64,000 nucleotides of DNA, from NCBI GenBank assembly GCA_030390025.1, contig CM059438.1:80104001-80168000 (forward strand), given 5' to 3'. The notes under the pieces were generated by a model that saw only the letters and a list, made by a program, of their open reading frames with translations, did not search any database and was not told where the DNA came from. The position numbers were made by a program, and so were the translations under genes. Shown piece after piece: positions 1 through 14,100 of this stretch. Source of the DNA: Squalus acanthias. Taxonomy: Eukaryota. Position 1 is the first letter of the stretch. Each line of letters opens with the position of its first letter.

Positions 1-95
1 TCAAACCTATTAATTTCTATCTGCGCTATTAATTCATCTATTTTGTTGCGAATGCTTCACACATTCAGATATTGTGCCTTTAGCTTTGACTTATT

Positions 96-767
96 TTGTT
101 GTTATTTAAGAAAGGGGAGAGGGATAAAGCAGGAAACTACAGGCCAGTCAGCCTAACATCGGTGGTGGGGAAATTATTGGAAACCATTATCAGGGAAAAA
201 ATAAACTTTCATTTGGAAAGGCATGGGTTAATCAAGGAGCGCCAGCATGGATTTGTTAAAGGCAAATCATGTCTGACTACCTTGATTGAATTCTTTGATG
301 AGGTAACAGAGAAGGTTGATCAAGGTAGTGCAGTAGATATATATATGGACTTTCGGATGGCATTTGAAAAAGTTCCACACAGGAGACTTGTTAAGAAGAT
401 GGAAGCCTATGGAATTAAAGGGGAAAGTGGAGAGCAGAGAGACCTTGGTGTTCATCTACACAAATCCTTAAAGGTAGCATGGCAAGTTGATAAGGTGGTT
501 TAAAAAGCATATGGGTTACTTGGGTTTATAAATAGAGGTGTAGAATATAAAAGCAAAGAGATCATGCTCGAACTTTATATCATCACTGGTTAGGCCTCAG
601 CTGGAGTATTGTGGACAATTCTGGGCACCACACTTCAGGAAAGATGTAAAGGCCTTAGAAAGAGTACAGAGGTGGTTTACCAGGATGTTACCAGCGATGA
701 GGGACTTCAGTTATGAGGAGAGGTTGGAAAAGTTAGGACTGTTCTCCTTGGAACAGAGAAGGTTACA
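96..767 (+). mobile_element. Degenerate CR1 LINE ORF2 fragment with a large internal deletion
   Basis: LFKKG...GNYRPVSLTSVVGKLLE...QHGFVKGKSCLT...YMDFxxAFEKVPH is the CR1 reverse transcriptase N-part, fused to the C-part EQRDLGV. Downstream DNA encodes the LEYCxQFWAPHFRKDVKALERVQ and LFSLEQRRL motifs, with stops and frameshifts. Confidence 0.93.
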
Positions 768-3700
768 TAGTACATAATTAACATTTTGTTATACTACAGA
801 TTGAGCACACTCAATTTGCACATGTATACTTTAATGATCTGGGTAGTGATTTCACAGTAACTTGAAGAAGTCCTTTGTAAACGATAGTTACTAACCAATA
901 AAGAATCGTCGTTTTCAAAGTGAACCCATTATGCATATAAATATGGTACTTGATACCCATTTTGAACATGCAACGAGGCATTCCTATATGGGAATGTGGT
1001 CCGTGGACCTATGAGACCAGAGTAAGCATAGCACATTTCAGTACTTGTCTCCGCATTAAGTATGGAGAGCGATTTGTACCAGAGTCAAAATTAAATACTG
1101 AGGTAAGATATCGTGCTTGGGTTGATGTCAATTTCCTACACTAATGTCTGCAGTCATGACACTGCTGTTAGCTCTTCTATAATTGTGCTGCTTTGTGTTT
1201 ACCAGAATAGATACGATCTGAAAGCTCAAGTAGTTAGACATCACTAAACAAATACTGTATGTAGCAAAACAACAGCTTGTGAAACAGCAGGGTTGGGAAC
1301 TGCGGTACCAGTACTGATCTTAAAGTCAGACTACAGCAATCTATTTTACAGTTTAACACCTAATGACTTCTTTTTTACAATAAAACACTTAGCACTTTCG
1401 CTACTACATGGATCGGTAGCTTTATACATTTATTTTTGTACTAGAAATGACACATTATTTTTGAGTTTAGGCTGGACAATGTATCCTGGTAACGTTGTCT
1501 CTTGAGCCATAAATGTGGAAGATTGAAGCTGTAGTTATGCCAGGACCGTTTCATTGATGCAACGTGGTTTTTGTTGCACACACATAAAAGTGGCAGTATA
1601 ACTCAGGTTTCAGATCCTGTACTGATGCCCAAGCACATTTACATCAAGTTAGGAGCTTGTCTCACATCAGCTTGAGTTCACACTAACTGCAGTATAACTC
1701 CAGCTTGATATAAAGCTGAATTTTTACAAGTGCTGTATTGGACTTTCTGGGAAATTCTAAAACCTTTTATGGCTTGTTTTTACTGTTACCAAAGACCAGA
1801 CACTCCTACTGATAGTTGCCACCCCAGGAACAGAGCGCTACGCATAGTTTCATGGGTGCATTCACAGAGTGGCGGACAATACTGGGACCTGCAGCCGAGC
1901 AGTCTCCCAGATACCGGTCTGAGACGGCTAGCTGCAGTCACTCTACATTATATAGATTATGAACAAGAATGATAGCCATTTCTATTTTGAGCAAACTTCT
2001 GCTAATAAAATTGAAGTGAAAATAAACTTACATCTGCCCTCCAATAAAATGTATTGGCAGCTTAGTGTAATTTTGCTCGCAGCGAGGGTTTAAACTTTCT
2101 TTTAACTTTTAAATCGTGGGAAATTGTTTAATATTGCAAATCGCCAGCACTGATTTCAAGTGTAAAAAGGCGAAAGGGGTTTTAAGATTCCATATGAGTG
2201 CGTTCAAATTCCATGGTATACACATCACACCTGTGATGTGCTTTCTGTAGATTTCTGCAGAAACTCACAAGGAACGTTTATCTGGGCCTCATCATCAGAC
2301 TTTTAAAAGAACTTGCTGTCTTTCTGTTTTTGACACTCGTTTAAGCCTCGGTGTCGATATATACTGTTAGATTGGTTTTAATGTTGCCGGATTGGAAGAC
2401 GTGTCAATTGTTTTAAAATGAAATTTGTCCGAAACTGCAGAATTTGTTTTAAGCGATCGGGTGGGAAGGATTATTTTCACAGGAGGAATCACATACCGTT
2501 TTTTATTTCTGTCCATAGATTAGCAAATCTGCAGGGACATAACATAGCAACTAGGTAACAAGAAAAATCTGAACCAACCTTGGGTTTCCATGTGGATCGG
2601 AAATGTTGAGAAGCATGAAGTAGACCCAGTCAATTGGAATTGAAATACTCCGACTAGTTATGCATTCCTTGGCGAATTAGGAGGGTATTTTCCTGTGTGT
2701 ACAGTTTAGCAAAAGAGATGTGACTAAATTGTGAAGGGAAGGCAATTCGTTAATTTTCTGGAGTTTATACCTCCGGTTCATTTTCCCTTCACAGACCGAA
2801 ATTGTTCATTTTTATGACTGTGGAAAGCCTTGTATCTAAGACCTGCAGTTTCGGGGCATATTGAAGAACATAGTGCCCATTCAGAAGGTGAATCAACTGT
2901 GTGAAAAAAGGTATAGGAGTGTCATGCATCAACACAGCATTGTGCACAGGATTTTTTAATCCCCACAAAATGCGTGTAATGGCCAATTTAGCCAAGGTTA
3001 TATGGTGTACAGCTGCAGGAGAAGATGCCGCAGAATCGCAGATTGAATAGGAGGCACACCACTGGCAGAACAACCCCACATATTACTGCCAGATACCTGG
3101 GCCCGGCAGAGAAGCAGTGCATGCTCAGGCTCTGATGTGCTACCTGAAGACACACATGACTATCCATACTGCAGCAGTGAAGGTTGCCACTGTCTTCAGC
3201 TTTTATGCCACACACCCACGGGTGCAAGAGACAGATACTGTGCCACGCACTATTCCATTAGCAGGTAACTGAATCCCTCTTTCACCACAACCCCACCATC
3301 TACCTCCACTTCAAGTGCCAGCAGCAAATCAGGCCCCAACAACAGGAAAGATCTGGGTGTTCTCCCAGTCCCAGTGAGCTTTCCAGATAGATACTATCAC
3401 TTTCTCTTGGACATATTTTCAATGGTGATTTTTTTTTGCCTCCCCCTCCCACCCTGAATAACTAAAATATGTAAAGTTCATATTACTCTAGCAGCCGCCA
3501 TAATAAAAGCATGAAGGACTGCAACATAGATTCACAGCAACCAGATGCCATTCTCTTGGTATGCATGTGGTGTTGGAGTTTTCATTGTATGTCTTCAGCG
3601 TATTCCCCACTTCTATACTTGTTCTTGTTTTCTCTCTAGGTGGCCTAATTCTGTGCTTCGGTGGCTAAGGTAGTAGAGGTCGTGGGTGTCGGCTCATGCA

Positions 3701-6700
3701 GATGTGAACAGTGATCTCAAGTCACACTATATCTACTGGAGAGTCCTCTGATATACCTGCATCAGTGAAGGGAAGCACCTTGCTGGATTCACTGTGTTGA
3801 GTGTTTTTGGATGTTGCAGCTGCAGCTATGTGTGCATGGTTACATGCTGGCACTGCATTGCTGCTGACACGAGGAGCCACATACTACTTCTGCATAATGC
3901 CACTGTCAGAGTGAATGTCCTCATAACACCCTACACGTCCTATAGTGGGCATATGTGTGTTCTCCAAACCCCTTCCTCAGAATTCCATCCATATATTCTC
4001 CAAGCATGCTGAAGCTGCCCACGATTGCGTGGTGCAAATTATCAATACCACATTGCACTGCCATAGGTATCAATTCAGCAGAGGCAAGTGTGGCTGCTCA
4101 TCAATGCACGTGTTGCGACTTGCAATCTTCAAACGTAGGGCCCAGATGGTCTAAATTCAGAGACAATGGAAGAGTCAGGCAGCCTGCAACTGCTCACATC
4201 TTGTCTTTTGCCCCTTCATAATCTGTGTCATGTGTTTCAAATGTTACAAGATGCTTGCATCGGAGCTGGTGCAAACGTAAGTGCAGAGAACTGCTGGGCA
4301 CTGCAGAGCACTGTGAAAAGAGCAGCGGGGTTATTATGAGTACTTACATTCACATCCATTTTGATGTTATATTCTCATTACATGAACTATTAAACACTTG
4401 TGCACAACTGGCCTGTATGGATACATTGATAAAAGAGGGGACATCATAGAATATAATAAATGCATTGGTCTGCATGTCTCTCCAACCTCATCAATCCCAA
4501 CACCTTCTAATACTTTTCTTCCTATTAAAACCAGAAACCTGATCTCGGGACGAGTTAAAGCTTTCTCCTGTAATCCCTGCTACTTGGTTCTCCTGTGTTT
4601 CATTAAAAAACGATAAGAGTGTGCGTTAAGGCAGGGTGAATAAGCAACATTCAATTCACTCATTCTGAATTGGTAAAAGATTGTCAATTCCGCACACATT
4701 TTTGCAAGTCATGTCCATTTCAGGCAGCATCATATCGCAGTTTTAATGTTTGATACTTTGCAGTCAAAAAGCTAGTCAATTACATCCACAGGAGAGCACC
4801 ATTCCGATACCTGTCTTTACAGTAACATTGAAACTTTATCTTTTTCTGCTTGTCCTGAAACGTATTGCCTACTTCCTAACAGGTCTGTTTACAACCAAGT
4901 TCACCTGGTCGCAGATGAGTTACCCAGATATTAAAGCAGTGACTATCCTGCAGCACGAATAAAGTTTCCCCATCTCCATCACACCCCATAACTGACTGAA
5001 GAAAACAATTAGCGATGAACTGGAAAGTTAGATCATAATGAAGTGTTAAAAGAGGTTTATATTAGGTGAGTCTGGAATGAGTGGTTTTCTGATGTTACTA
5101 ATATCAGACTCGTGTTTCACGATTTCAGTGGCAACAAAATAGCGAAAAGAATTTATTTTTTTATCAAACACGGAAATCTATGAACTAGCAAATTAAAAAG
5201 TAATAGCCTTGGCTATAATTTTTTTTAATTACTAGGTCTGTTTCGCTATTCATTTCCTAACTGATACCACACGCTTTTAATTCTGAATCAGCCAATCTGT
5301 TGGCTCGTTTGTACAATGAGGTTGTCGTTTTCCAACGCTCCACATTTTCGGTCACCTTTCTGTTACAGCCTTGGTTGAATAATAAAGTAAAAAGGCATTG
5401 CATGGCGACTTCTGTTTCTCAACAGGTGAAGTTCAAAAAAGTGCTTGCATTGATATGGCTCCTTAAATGTCTGAAAGCACTTCACACAACGAATTACTTT
5501 TTGAACTGGGCGGCGAATACGTTTTCTTCAATCAGACGCTGCAGTGAAGATGTGGTGGTCCCACGGGGCAGAAGTCGGGGTTATCACTTGCAACTTGTCT
5601 ATTGAGGTTAGGCTGCTGAGAATCCGCTGTACGCGGGTCTTACAGCTATCAACAACCCGACTAAACCATTTTCTTTTGTGTACCTCAGCAATATCACACC
5701 GTTCAATGTACTGTCAGCAAATCTAGCCAGATGACAAGACGATAGAAAGAGTTGTCAGCGTCATTCGGCAGCACACACAATTATACAACAGGCCTCAAAG
5801 TGTTGCCCCTTTTATTTGCACCAACGACACACAACATGTTCGTAATGCTGGGCAGAGTTCCGAAGTGTATTCTCATTTCTGTCACTTTTGAGTTCTAACA
5901 GAGCAGAGGAAGGAACTGCTGGCCTACTGTGTAAACGCTGCACGGTTTTATTAGTCGCCGGTTGTGTGCTCTCTGCTGTTACATTGTCTCTCCATCAAAT
6001 CTCCGGGGATTACCTTTTCTTGCAAGATGAGTCCGGGCATTCTCAGGCCAGTGTTCCCAGCAGGCACGAGTCCACCGCACAAAACTACAGCCACATCCAC
6101 AATGAGCACAAAAAAACACGCACAATTACCATTGCTTTCCAAGAGGTCAGCTTAAAGCAACATGACTGTAGTCTGCACACACACACAGATATATATTCTA
6201 TATTTTACTCAATGTTATGATGTTTCTCCTCGAATGTTATATTCTGACAGAATTCCATTTCATCCATAAAGGTTCCATTTATTTCATCCCGGTACGACAG
6301 CGTCTGCTTTTAGCCAACTTCCCTGTAGTTTGCGGGCTCAGTATTGAGAAAGGCAGCGGCTTAATTCAAACATCTGCCCGCTTTCTTTGCAAGCGTTCCC
6401 CAAACTACATGAAACCCTTCCCGTATGTGTCTATAGGCTGCTTTACACCGAGGAAGCCCCTTCTGTTCTATCTCAGCACCCACCCCACACAGCCCCCAGC
6501 TTCCAGGGTACAGCTTCGGTGTAAATAGGGAGCCACCTTGCACATCCCAGTGGGCCGTATTCAAAACCCTCTACCCTTCGAACTTCCTTCCATTACTCTT
6601 CACATGGAAGTTTTTTCCCCCATTATCGTATTACTGATGGGAAAAGTGAAAAAATGCAATATTCCAGCAACCCTGTAAAACTATTTACAATGTGAAGAAA

Positions 6701-7687
6701 TTATAACTTCACTGGAAATAAAACTTCTCAAACTGTTACAGTAATTTTCAGATGCTCTGGAACTTTTCATCGTTACATTTGGCTTTATTCTTCAATGTAC
6801 AGAGCCTATTCTGAATGAAGTGTAGGCCCAGTAAACGCTCCCTCTCCCAGCAGGCAGAGACCTTCAGACTGCAGCCAAATCCAACCCCTTTGCACTTGAG
6901 CAAAACCTGAGCCATCGGGTGGGACAGGGAGTCGGGTGACTCCTTGCGCCGCGCTGGCCTCGAATACCGAGCTAGCGCTCATGGCTCCAGGTGAAAGGTG
7001 CAGCTGTTGAAAACGCCCAATGAGCGACACAATCACAGTCTGAGGAGAAAGGCACAGCCCAGCGTGGCCACGGTTTGGTGACTTGCCTCAGAGCCTCACT
7101 CTGCACACGTCCTGTCCCAACTTAGCCCCATGGAGCTCCGAAGTTTACGTTCAAAGCATGAACTGAGGCGAAAGTCCCCGCACCATTCTCTTTACACACA
7201 CGAGGAGTCCTGCAACCAACTCGTGGCTAACTTATGCCTTTCTGTTTGTGCTGCTCCCCCTGAATAAAGAATTGACTCGATCGTTTATCTGATTTTAGGT
7301 GCAGCAATTGCATTTTGAATTCCGGTCCCTTTTCAGTAAATCCTACCAGTTAAAAACAGTGAAGTTTAAATCTACAAATGAAAAACGAAGGAAGCTCCAT
7401 CTGTTATGTAACACAACAGTGATGATAGTGTGCATGGCTTCGTGTTAGTCAGTGTATCTTTCGGTGGAGAAATAGAGGGTGACAAGTAGTAGATTGTAGG
7501 GTTAGGGCACATTGATACAGGTGGACAGTTTGTAGACACTGGCTGTTTATTTGGTTATAGTACCATTATCTCTTCTGTTGGTCCTTCCTTCATCTCTCAA
7601 CTCTATCCACATGGGCCTATGTTCATTCTGCGAATTTAGGGACGAGGGCTTGACTATGGGCAGCAATCCAATGAAGAGGATAGAAAT

Positions 7688-7883
7688 AAGAAAGAAAGAC
7701 TTGCATTTATATAGCGCCTTTCACGACCACCGGACGTCTCAAAGCGCTTTACAGCCAATGAAGTACTTTTTGAAGTGTAGTCACTGTTGTAATGTAGGAA
7801 ACGCGGCAGCCAATTTGCGCACAGCAAGCTCCCACAAACAGCAATGTGATAATGACAAGTTAATCTGTTTTTTGTTATGTTGA
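7688..7883 (-). mobile_element. 3' half of the same SINE family
   Basis: Reverse complement matches about 57290-57487; both translate to the pseudo-peptide HYHIAVCGSLLC...LHYNSDYTSK. Confidence 0.9.
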
Positions 7884-7904
7884 TTAATGGGAGATTAGGG
7901 CTCC

Positions 7905-8120
7905 GCGGGTACACTGTCTGGTGGGCCAATGAGCCATTTAAACCAAAAATGGTTCGGGATATGATCCCTGTTCTCAGCTACAACAACTGGCATTCCCGGG
8001 CAAGCGATGGGAAAAATCAGCCAGGGCTCCTGCTTCTGGTTTTGAAAGTGCAGAGAAAGATGCAAGAGGGAGCTCGACTGTGATGCCACCTCCAACATCC
8101 AACTGAATAGCCTGCTGACT
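7905..8120 (+). repeat. Old interspersed repeat (SINE-like), copy 1
   Basis: GGAAAAATCAGCCAGGGCTCCTGCTTCTG...CTGTGATGCC...AATAGCCT, shared with 45177-45292. Confidence 0.55.
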
Positions 8121-11100
8121 TCCTTGCGAATTGGTGAGAAACAGGAGGGAACTACACTTCAGTACAAGTCACCATCTTAGGGAAAGGAGCGGTAAAATGA
8201 AAATGGAATCCAAAAAAAAATTGCGACCTTGTAGGCACGGCTGAGAACTAACAAGACTACAGTTGTAAAAACATTGGGGCAATGTCAGGAGTTGAAGAGG
8301 GCCGGGGGAATCGAGTGACTCGCGACAGATGAACCAATTTGGGAAATTATAGGGACTGTAAAAATAAAACGGTGCAACAGAACAACGGGTGACGAGAAAA
8401 ACACTGTGGTAGAACAAAGGCTGGCATCCACAACTCTCCACACAGACTGCCAGTCTTCCTCGAGTTAACACGTGGAGGTGTTGACCAGGTTATTCCTCTG
8501 GCCGACCAAGTAGCTGGTTACATTTCAGCTAATACAACATTATTTAAAAAATAATCTTAAAATCAATTTAATTTGATGCATTTTCCGGAACCAGAATAAG
8601 ATTAGTTACAGAGATCCATTAACACATCGAAGGGATGAGGTGACACCATAAAGAGTGACAGCAAGGCCAGTGTGGTTCACTAATGTCAGGTGTGTACATT
8701 TTGGAAAAGAACATTGCAACCTATGTGTTATAACAGATAGAGATGGAGTTTATGAGAGGAATTGAGTCCCAATTTTAGAAACTTTATTTGTGCTCATGGT
8801 GCCATGGTTGACAACCAACTTACACAATCGAGCATGTCGCTTAAATCACTGTGCTATTTCTCCATCTGACCTGAACTGGAGTGATTTGGGTTTTCGCTCA
8901 GTGCGCCTTGCAGGCAGGCATATCCTGTACATATCAAGGGTCATGTTTGGTAGTGGGTAAAGAGCAATCAACCGCTAACCCCGTCAATGGGGAAGAGCCA
9001 GTGGCCCACGGGGAACAGAAGGGGAAAGGATATTTTAACGCAGGAAAAAGAGCCGATGAAGAAATAAGCAAAGAAACAATGAAATTATGGAAGTGTAGTA
9101 GATAATGAGAAAAGGAGAGAAAGCAGAGAGGGGATAGAACTAAAATACTGAAGTTGTAAAACAAAAAAACATAGACAGCAATAACGAGAATTTAATGAAG
9201 TACAAATATAATGTAGAAAGGTAGGGACTGAAACAGATTAAGGGAGTGAAGGGGAATATAAATAAATGATGGAAATGTAAGAATATTGTTTTGTCCTAAC
9301 AGTGAGAAAATGAGTAAGTGGGACTGGCAGTCAGGACTATTCACAGTCTCGTTCCTAGTCTGTAGTAATAATACACAAAGGACAAAATTTAACATGTCAA
9401 ATCAATGTTTGCAAGGTTGTACATTAAACGCAAATTGATCATGTAGGAGTTACAGTCCAGCTTCAGTTGGTGCATCCCATAAAGTTGATTTCAACGGTTT
9501 TACCACGGATAAGAGCATCTATATGAGTAAGAAAGTAGAAAGTTGAATTCATTCTATTTGTTGTTTCTGTATAATATTGCTAATCTGAAGGAGCACTAGT
9601 TATCAAGAGTATCATTTACAGTTTAATTATCAATAAGTTCCCAACAAATGATATGACAGACCTCCTCTCAAAATCGAGCAAGCTAATTGTCTTCAGAAAT
9701 TCACGTTAAAAAGTACCAAAGTCCAGCGTTTGTGAAAAATAATGCGTTATCCTCATGAGTCGTCAGTTGTAAACTTAGATTTAGAAGCAGTTACAAATGA
9801 TTCGTTAGTCCAGGGTAAGATCATGGTACGTGTGGCACTTAGCAGCACATAGATAGATATTGACCGGTTATTGAGAAACTGACAGAAAAAAGATTGATGA
9901 ATGGAGATAGGTAGTAAAGAGCAGAGAAAGACATTGACAAACAGAATTACAGATTTTAGGGTCGATTGTTAAACGAGGACGGTTGAATTGTGTAGTTATT
10001 ATGTTTTGGCATATTTAATTGTTCAAGATCGACATTATTGTACAAACTCAGAATCTGAGAACGCGGGAATAAAATCCTCTAGGATCCGCTGGCAAAACAA
10101 ATTGCTGCCGCTTCATTCTGTTCTGTAGATTTGGCTTTAAATTCAGGTCAGAATCCAGGATTTGTTTTGGTCCTACTGGTGACAATGTAACTGTCAAAAG
10201 GGAAATACAGAAACATCTGGAGACCTCAGCGTAATTTCAATCATCATGGTTCTCAGGTCATGAGATTTAATTTATAAAAGAACTCCTCCTCCCCCCAATA
10301 TTTGTCAAAGTGCTATATAGGTTTCGGGGAAACGTGTGTAGATAAGGTCCCCTCTTGTTGGCATTGTGCAGAGATTTTAGGACTGGGCGGTCACTGACTG
10401 GCTCCGACCTGGCCTATAACAACAGCTGATAATGTATTCATATTGCTGCAGACGATTTCTTTAGTATCCAAGACTTTCAGTAAGCAAAAACAATTCAAAA
10501 TACTGGTCGAGTGATTCTATTTTGGCATCGACTATTAGGTTTAATGTAATTTCAGGTGTGGGTGTCAATATCAAAAAGCTCCCTGTAGTTTATATGCTGA
10601 TACTCCAATTTTCTTTTAAGAAATAATTTATCTTATTTTCCGCAGTTCTCTTTCCTTCACGTCTACCCTGACTTTTTCCTTTTTATATATCCTTATGTTA
10701 AGTACCCCCCCCCCCCGCCCCCAACCACCACACACACACGTGACGATGTAATTTCTATCTGACGGACCCTGGTGCACTGAGCTTTATTTAATGAGCACAT
10801 CTTCAGTGACAGATTCATTATTTGCATTCAGTTGCTTTAAGTCAAAACACATTAGTTACACTTACATTGCAATACAGATTTAATGATTTACTGTTTAACA
10901 CCAATTTATTTTGATTAACATCTCGCTATTGGCAATTGTAAGTCCAATTAAATGCAGGACAACAGCGATTATGTGTTGTATAAATTAAAAAATTCAACAA
11001 ACGGCAAATGTTACGTTTTATTAGTATAATTCTGTCTGTAATTTCAAATCGTCACTACGAGAAGCGTTTAATGGAATGTTGCAAAGGAGGAAAACAAGCC

Positions 11101-14100
11101 CAGAAAATAAAATAGTCCTCTTTAAACAGGCTATTGTTAAATAATTCGGGAATATATTTTGGGTTTAAAACGCCGCTCCAATATATGACATATAAAACTA
11201 GTTTTACAATTGTATCGATATAATGTTAGTGTATCTGTTTTAAATTCATTAAAGCTACATGCATAGTCATTTAGTTATGTGAATATTGGCATATATTTTA
11301 GGCTAGATGTACAAAGGTACCAAATGATGTACTGTTTTTGCAGTATATGAATTTAGAGCGAGTGTCCCTGAACGTGTCAATCATCATAATGTCATTTTTA
11401 ATATATCATGTGAAGGATTCAGGGTCATCAGCTCCCGCACGGGAGGACCAGTGGTAATTTAAACCGGCTAGTCCTGCTACATCATATATGCCAACCTGGG
11501 ATGGATGCAGGTAAAACAGTCTGAGCATTGAACTGCCTCTCTTACATTACTGCTACAGCAAAAGAGCGCTGTCATACGTTGGGACTTTAAGTGGGTTCAT
11601 GTAATATGAATGATGTAAATGAAGTGCGTGCTTACCATTCTTGTCACCTCCAAAAAGACTGTTTTCAAAATAATGACACTTCACAGAACTTTGGGAAAGA
11701 CTAGGTGGGATAACGGGACACATGAAGCGTTCATTTACATTCTGAAAATGTGGCTTGTGACAGGATGCATTTAAAACGATTCGCCTAGCAGAAAATAATC
11801 TCTAAACTAATTGCGTAAATAAAATTAAAACTGTTACAAGATTAAGAATCAATACCAATTACAAAACCCCAAAGGAGACGCCATTGGTCCATCTTGTACC
11901 GCGCATTTATAGTAATAATCAGCCGTTTCTTTTATCAACAGTTATTCCTTCTTTCTGTCTTCGCCCCTCCACGCATGTTTAAATACACCGCCAGCTGTTC
12001 TCCTGCAGCCAGTTCCACCAGTTCAACTCACAACTGCAAGTTTGTAAATCCTTTTTAAAGCAAAGACTATATATTTTTCCGCTAACCACTCCATGTCTGT
12101 CCTCAGGTTATTGCCGTTATAAAGGACATGTGCTTGGTTTTCAATAGGCTTTGCTAGATGAGGTGGCTGGCTATAAAAAGGTAATAAAAACCATTTGTTA
12201 TAATGGGGCGAACAGGATTTTTCCTGTTAATAGACGCAACCGACGTGGAAGTAGTTATTCGTTTCCGGTATAGCACTTCATCGGAAGGATTTTATTTCCA
12301 CTGAGTAAGACTGAGGGAAACAAAGGTAAAGGGCATGTCTTGAACTTATTAAACGGGCGGTGCATGGGGTCTCTTGCAATCCCGAGACAGTCTGGCGATG
12401 CAACAATTATTCCAAAAGAGGTACTCTTTAAATCAACACCATTAACGTTTTAAACACCCTGTCCCCGTTATTATGAGGGTATTTCTGTTAAACTACGCGA
12501 AGCTCGTCAAAGATGTTGCTAGCCTTTAGGATTAATTACAATTATTTATAAAGCGTTTCTCTCACTGTTGTCATATAAATCGGCAGCATTGAACAGAACA
12601 CGTTTACCGTGCATGCTATGATCTAAAAACTGACGAGTGTGAGGTGTGTTGTCATTGGCGTTATCAGATCATGATCAAACGTGATTGACTTGTCACAGAT
12701 TTTTAACAGGAGAAGTCATCCGATCCTACTTTATAAAGTTCAAAAATGGATGAAGAATTGATGCAACCAAGGAGTTTGACGATGCAGCTGGGTCAGAGGT
12801 CAGTTATACACAATGATTATAAAGGGAGTGAGGCTCTAGATCACAGCTGTATATGGTGTTTCGTCTGGGTTAGTGGAGATCGAACAACAGATAGTCCGAG
12901 TGTTCATAAACAACCAGGTTACAGTCCTGTAAGGAGGCAAGTCTGGAAATCTCTCTGCAGAGGACGAGACTGGCTGGCGGTAAGGCATCATTTATCCAAT
13001 AGTGGCGTGATGTTATTCGAGTCAACTGCAAATTTATTAGAGTGTGAAGATTTAGCACCAGTGATTAATTTATGCTTGGTTGATGCATTAATCGTTTGTG
13101 AATGTTGCAATATCATATTTCATACACGCCTGCAGACATCCTGTGTATAAGAATGATGTATAATGTATAAACCAACATCTAGACGTTATGATGCCCTGAT
13201 AGAATGTGCATGTATTAAATATGTATTTATTCAATTAAGCATTCTGCATGTTTTAATTTGCATGGGGTCCGTGTAGGACGAGGCCGATCTTTAAGCAGTT
13301 GCTGTTTTATTATGTAGATCCGTGGACGCTTTAAGGTTATTGATTTTAATCCTTATCAACATGAAGTAGACTTAAAGAGACAGATAGATGGGAAATTATA
13401 AATAGTGATTGTAATTGCCCAAAAATGTAGGCATGCAGCATTTAAGGGTAAAGCAGACCGTTGCGTTGTTAATATTTGATTTAAATGTATTATGTGCACT
13501 TTTCCATTAGGGCAGAAATGGACGCTGTAAAAAAATTAGAGTGAAAGATGCGATTCGATGTTTTACGCGAGTTGTGATAGATCCGTTTGGCGTGACTTTA
13601 AAAAAAATGAAAAAGGTAGTTTAAACCCGTGTCAATCTACAATTAGCTTACCGGCGGTATAGTGGGGACCGGCCCTTTCAAATACAAAAGCATTTAGATC
13701 GCTTTAGAACGGTTAATCCTGTGCATGGTTGAGGTTTCTTTTGTTTTGCAACTCCACTGTGGGTTTTTGTCCTGTTTTTCTGCTCGCTTGATTGACCGTT
13801 CAATGGTGGCTAATTATCCAAATGTCGCTTCCAGATAGTTTGACTTACTGCTATAGCGCTTTCCCGTATTAGCATTGGCAGATACACTGTCAGGACATAT
13901 CAGATTGCATTGCCTCCTTCGTGTGGTTCCGCTTACCAGCAAAGCTGTATCCCTAGCGCGACTTTTTCAATGTCCACCTCCTGTGATATATTTACGTTAC
14001 ATTTGTTAGCTTTGATTCAATAACTAAGTGTTGTCGGAATGTTAATAAAAACTGGAAACCGAACTGTTTCATAGATTGTGCGCTGCTTTATATCTCGTCC

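Noticed and set aside
2221-2240. Perfect 9-bp inverted repeat; similar small palindromes at 30089-30105 and near 31776
   Set aside because: Too short and isolated to assign function; a few are expected by chance in 64 kb.
2860-4500. GC-richer, CpG-poor block resembling a decayed DNA transposon
   Set aside because: I could not identify transposase motifs or termini.
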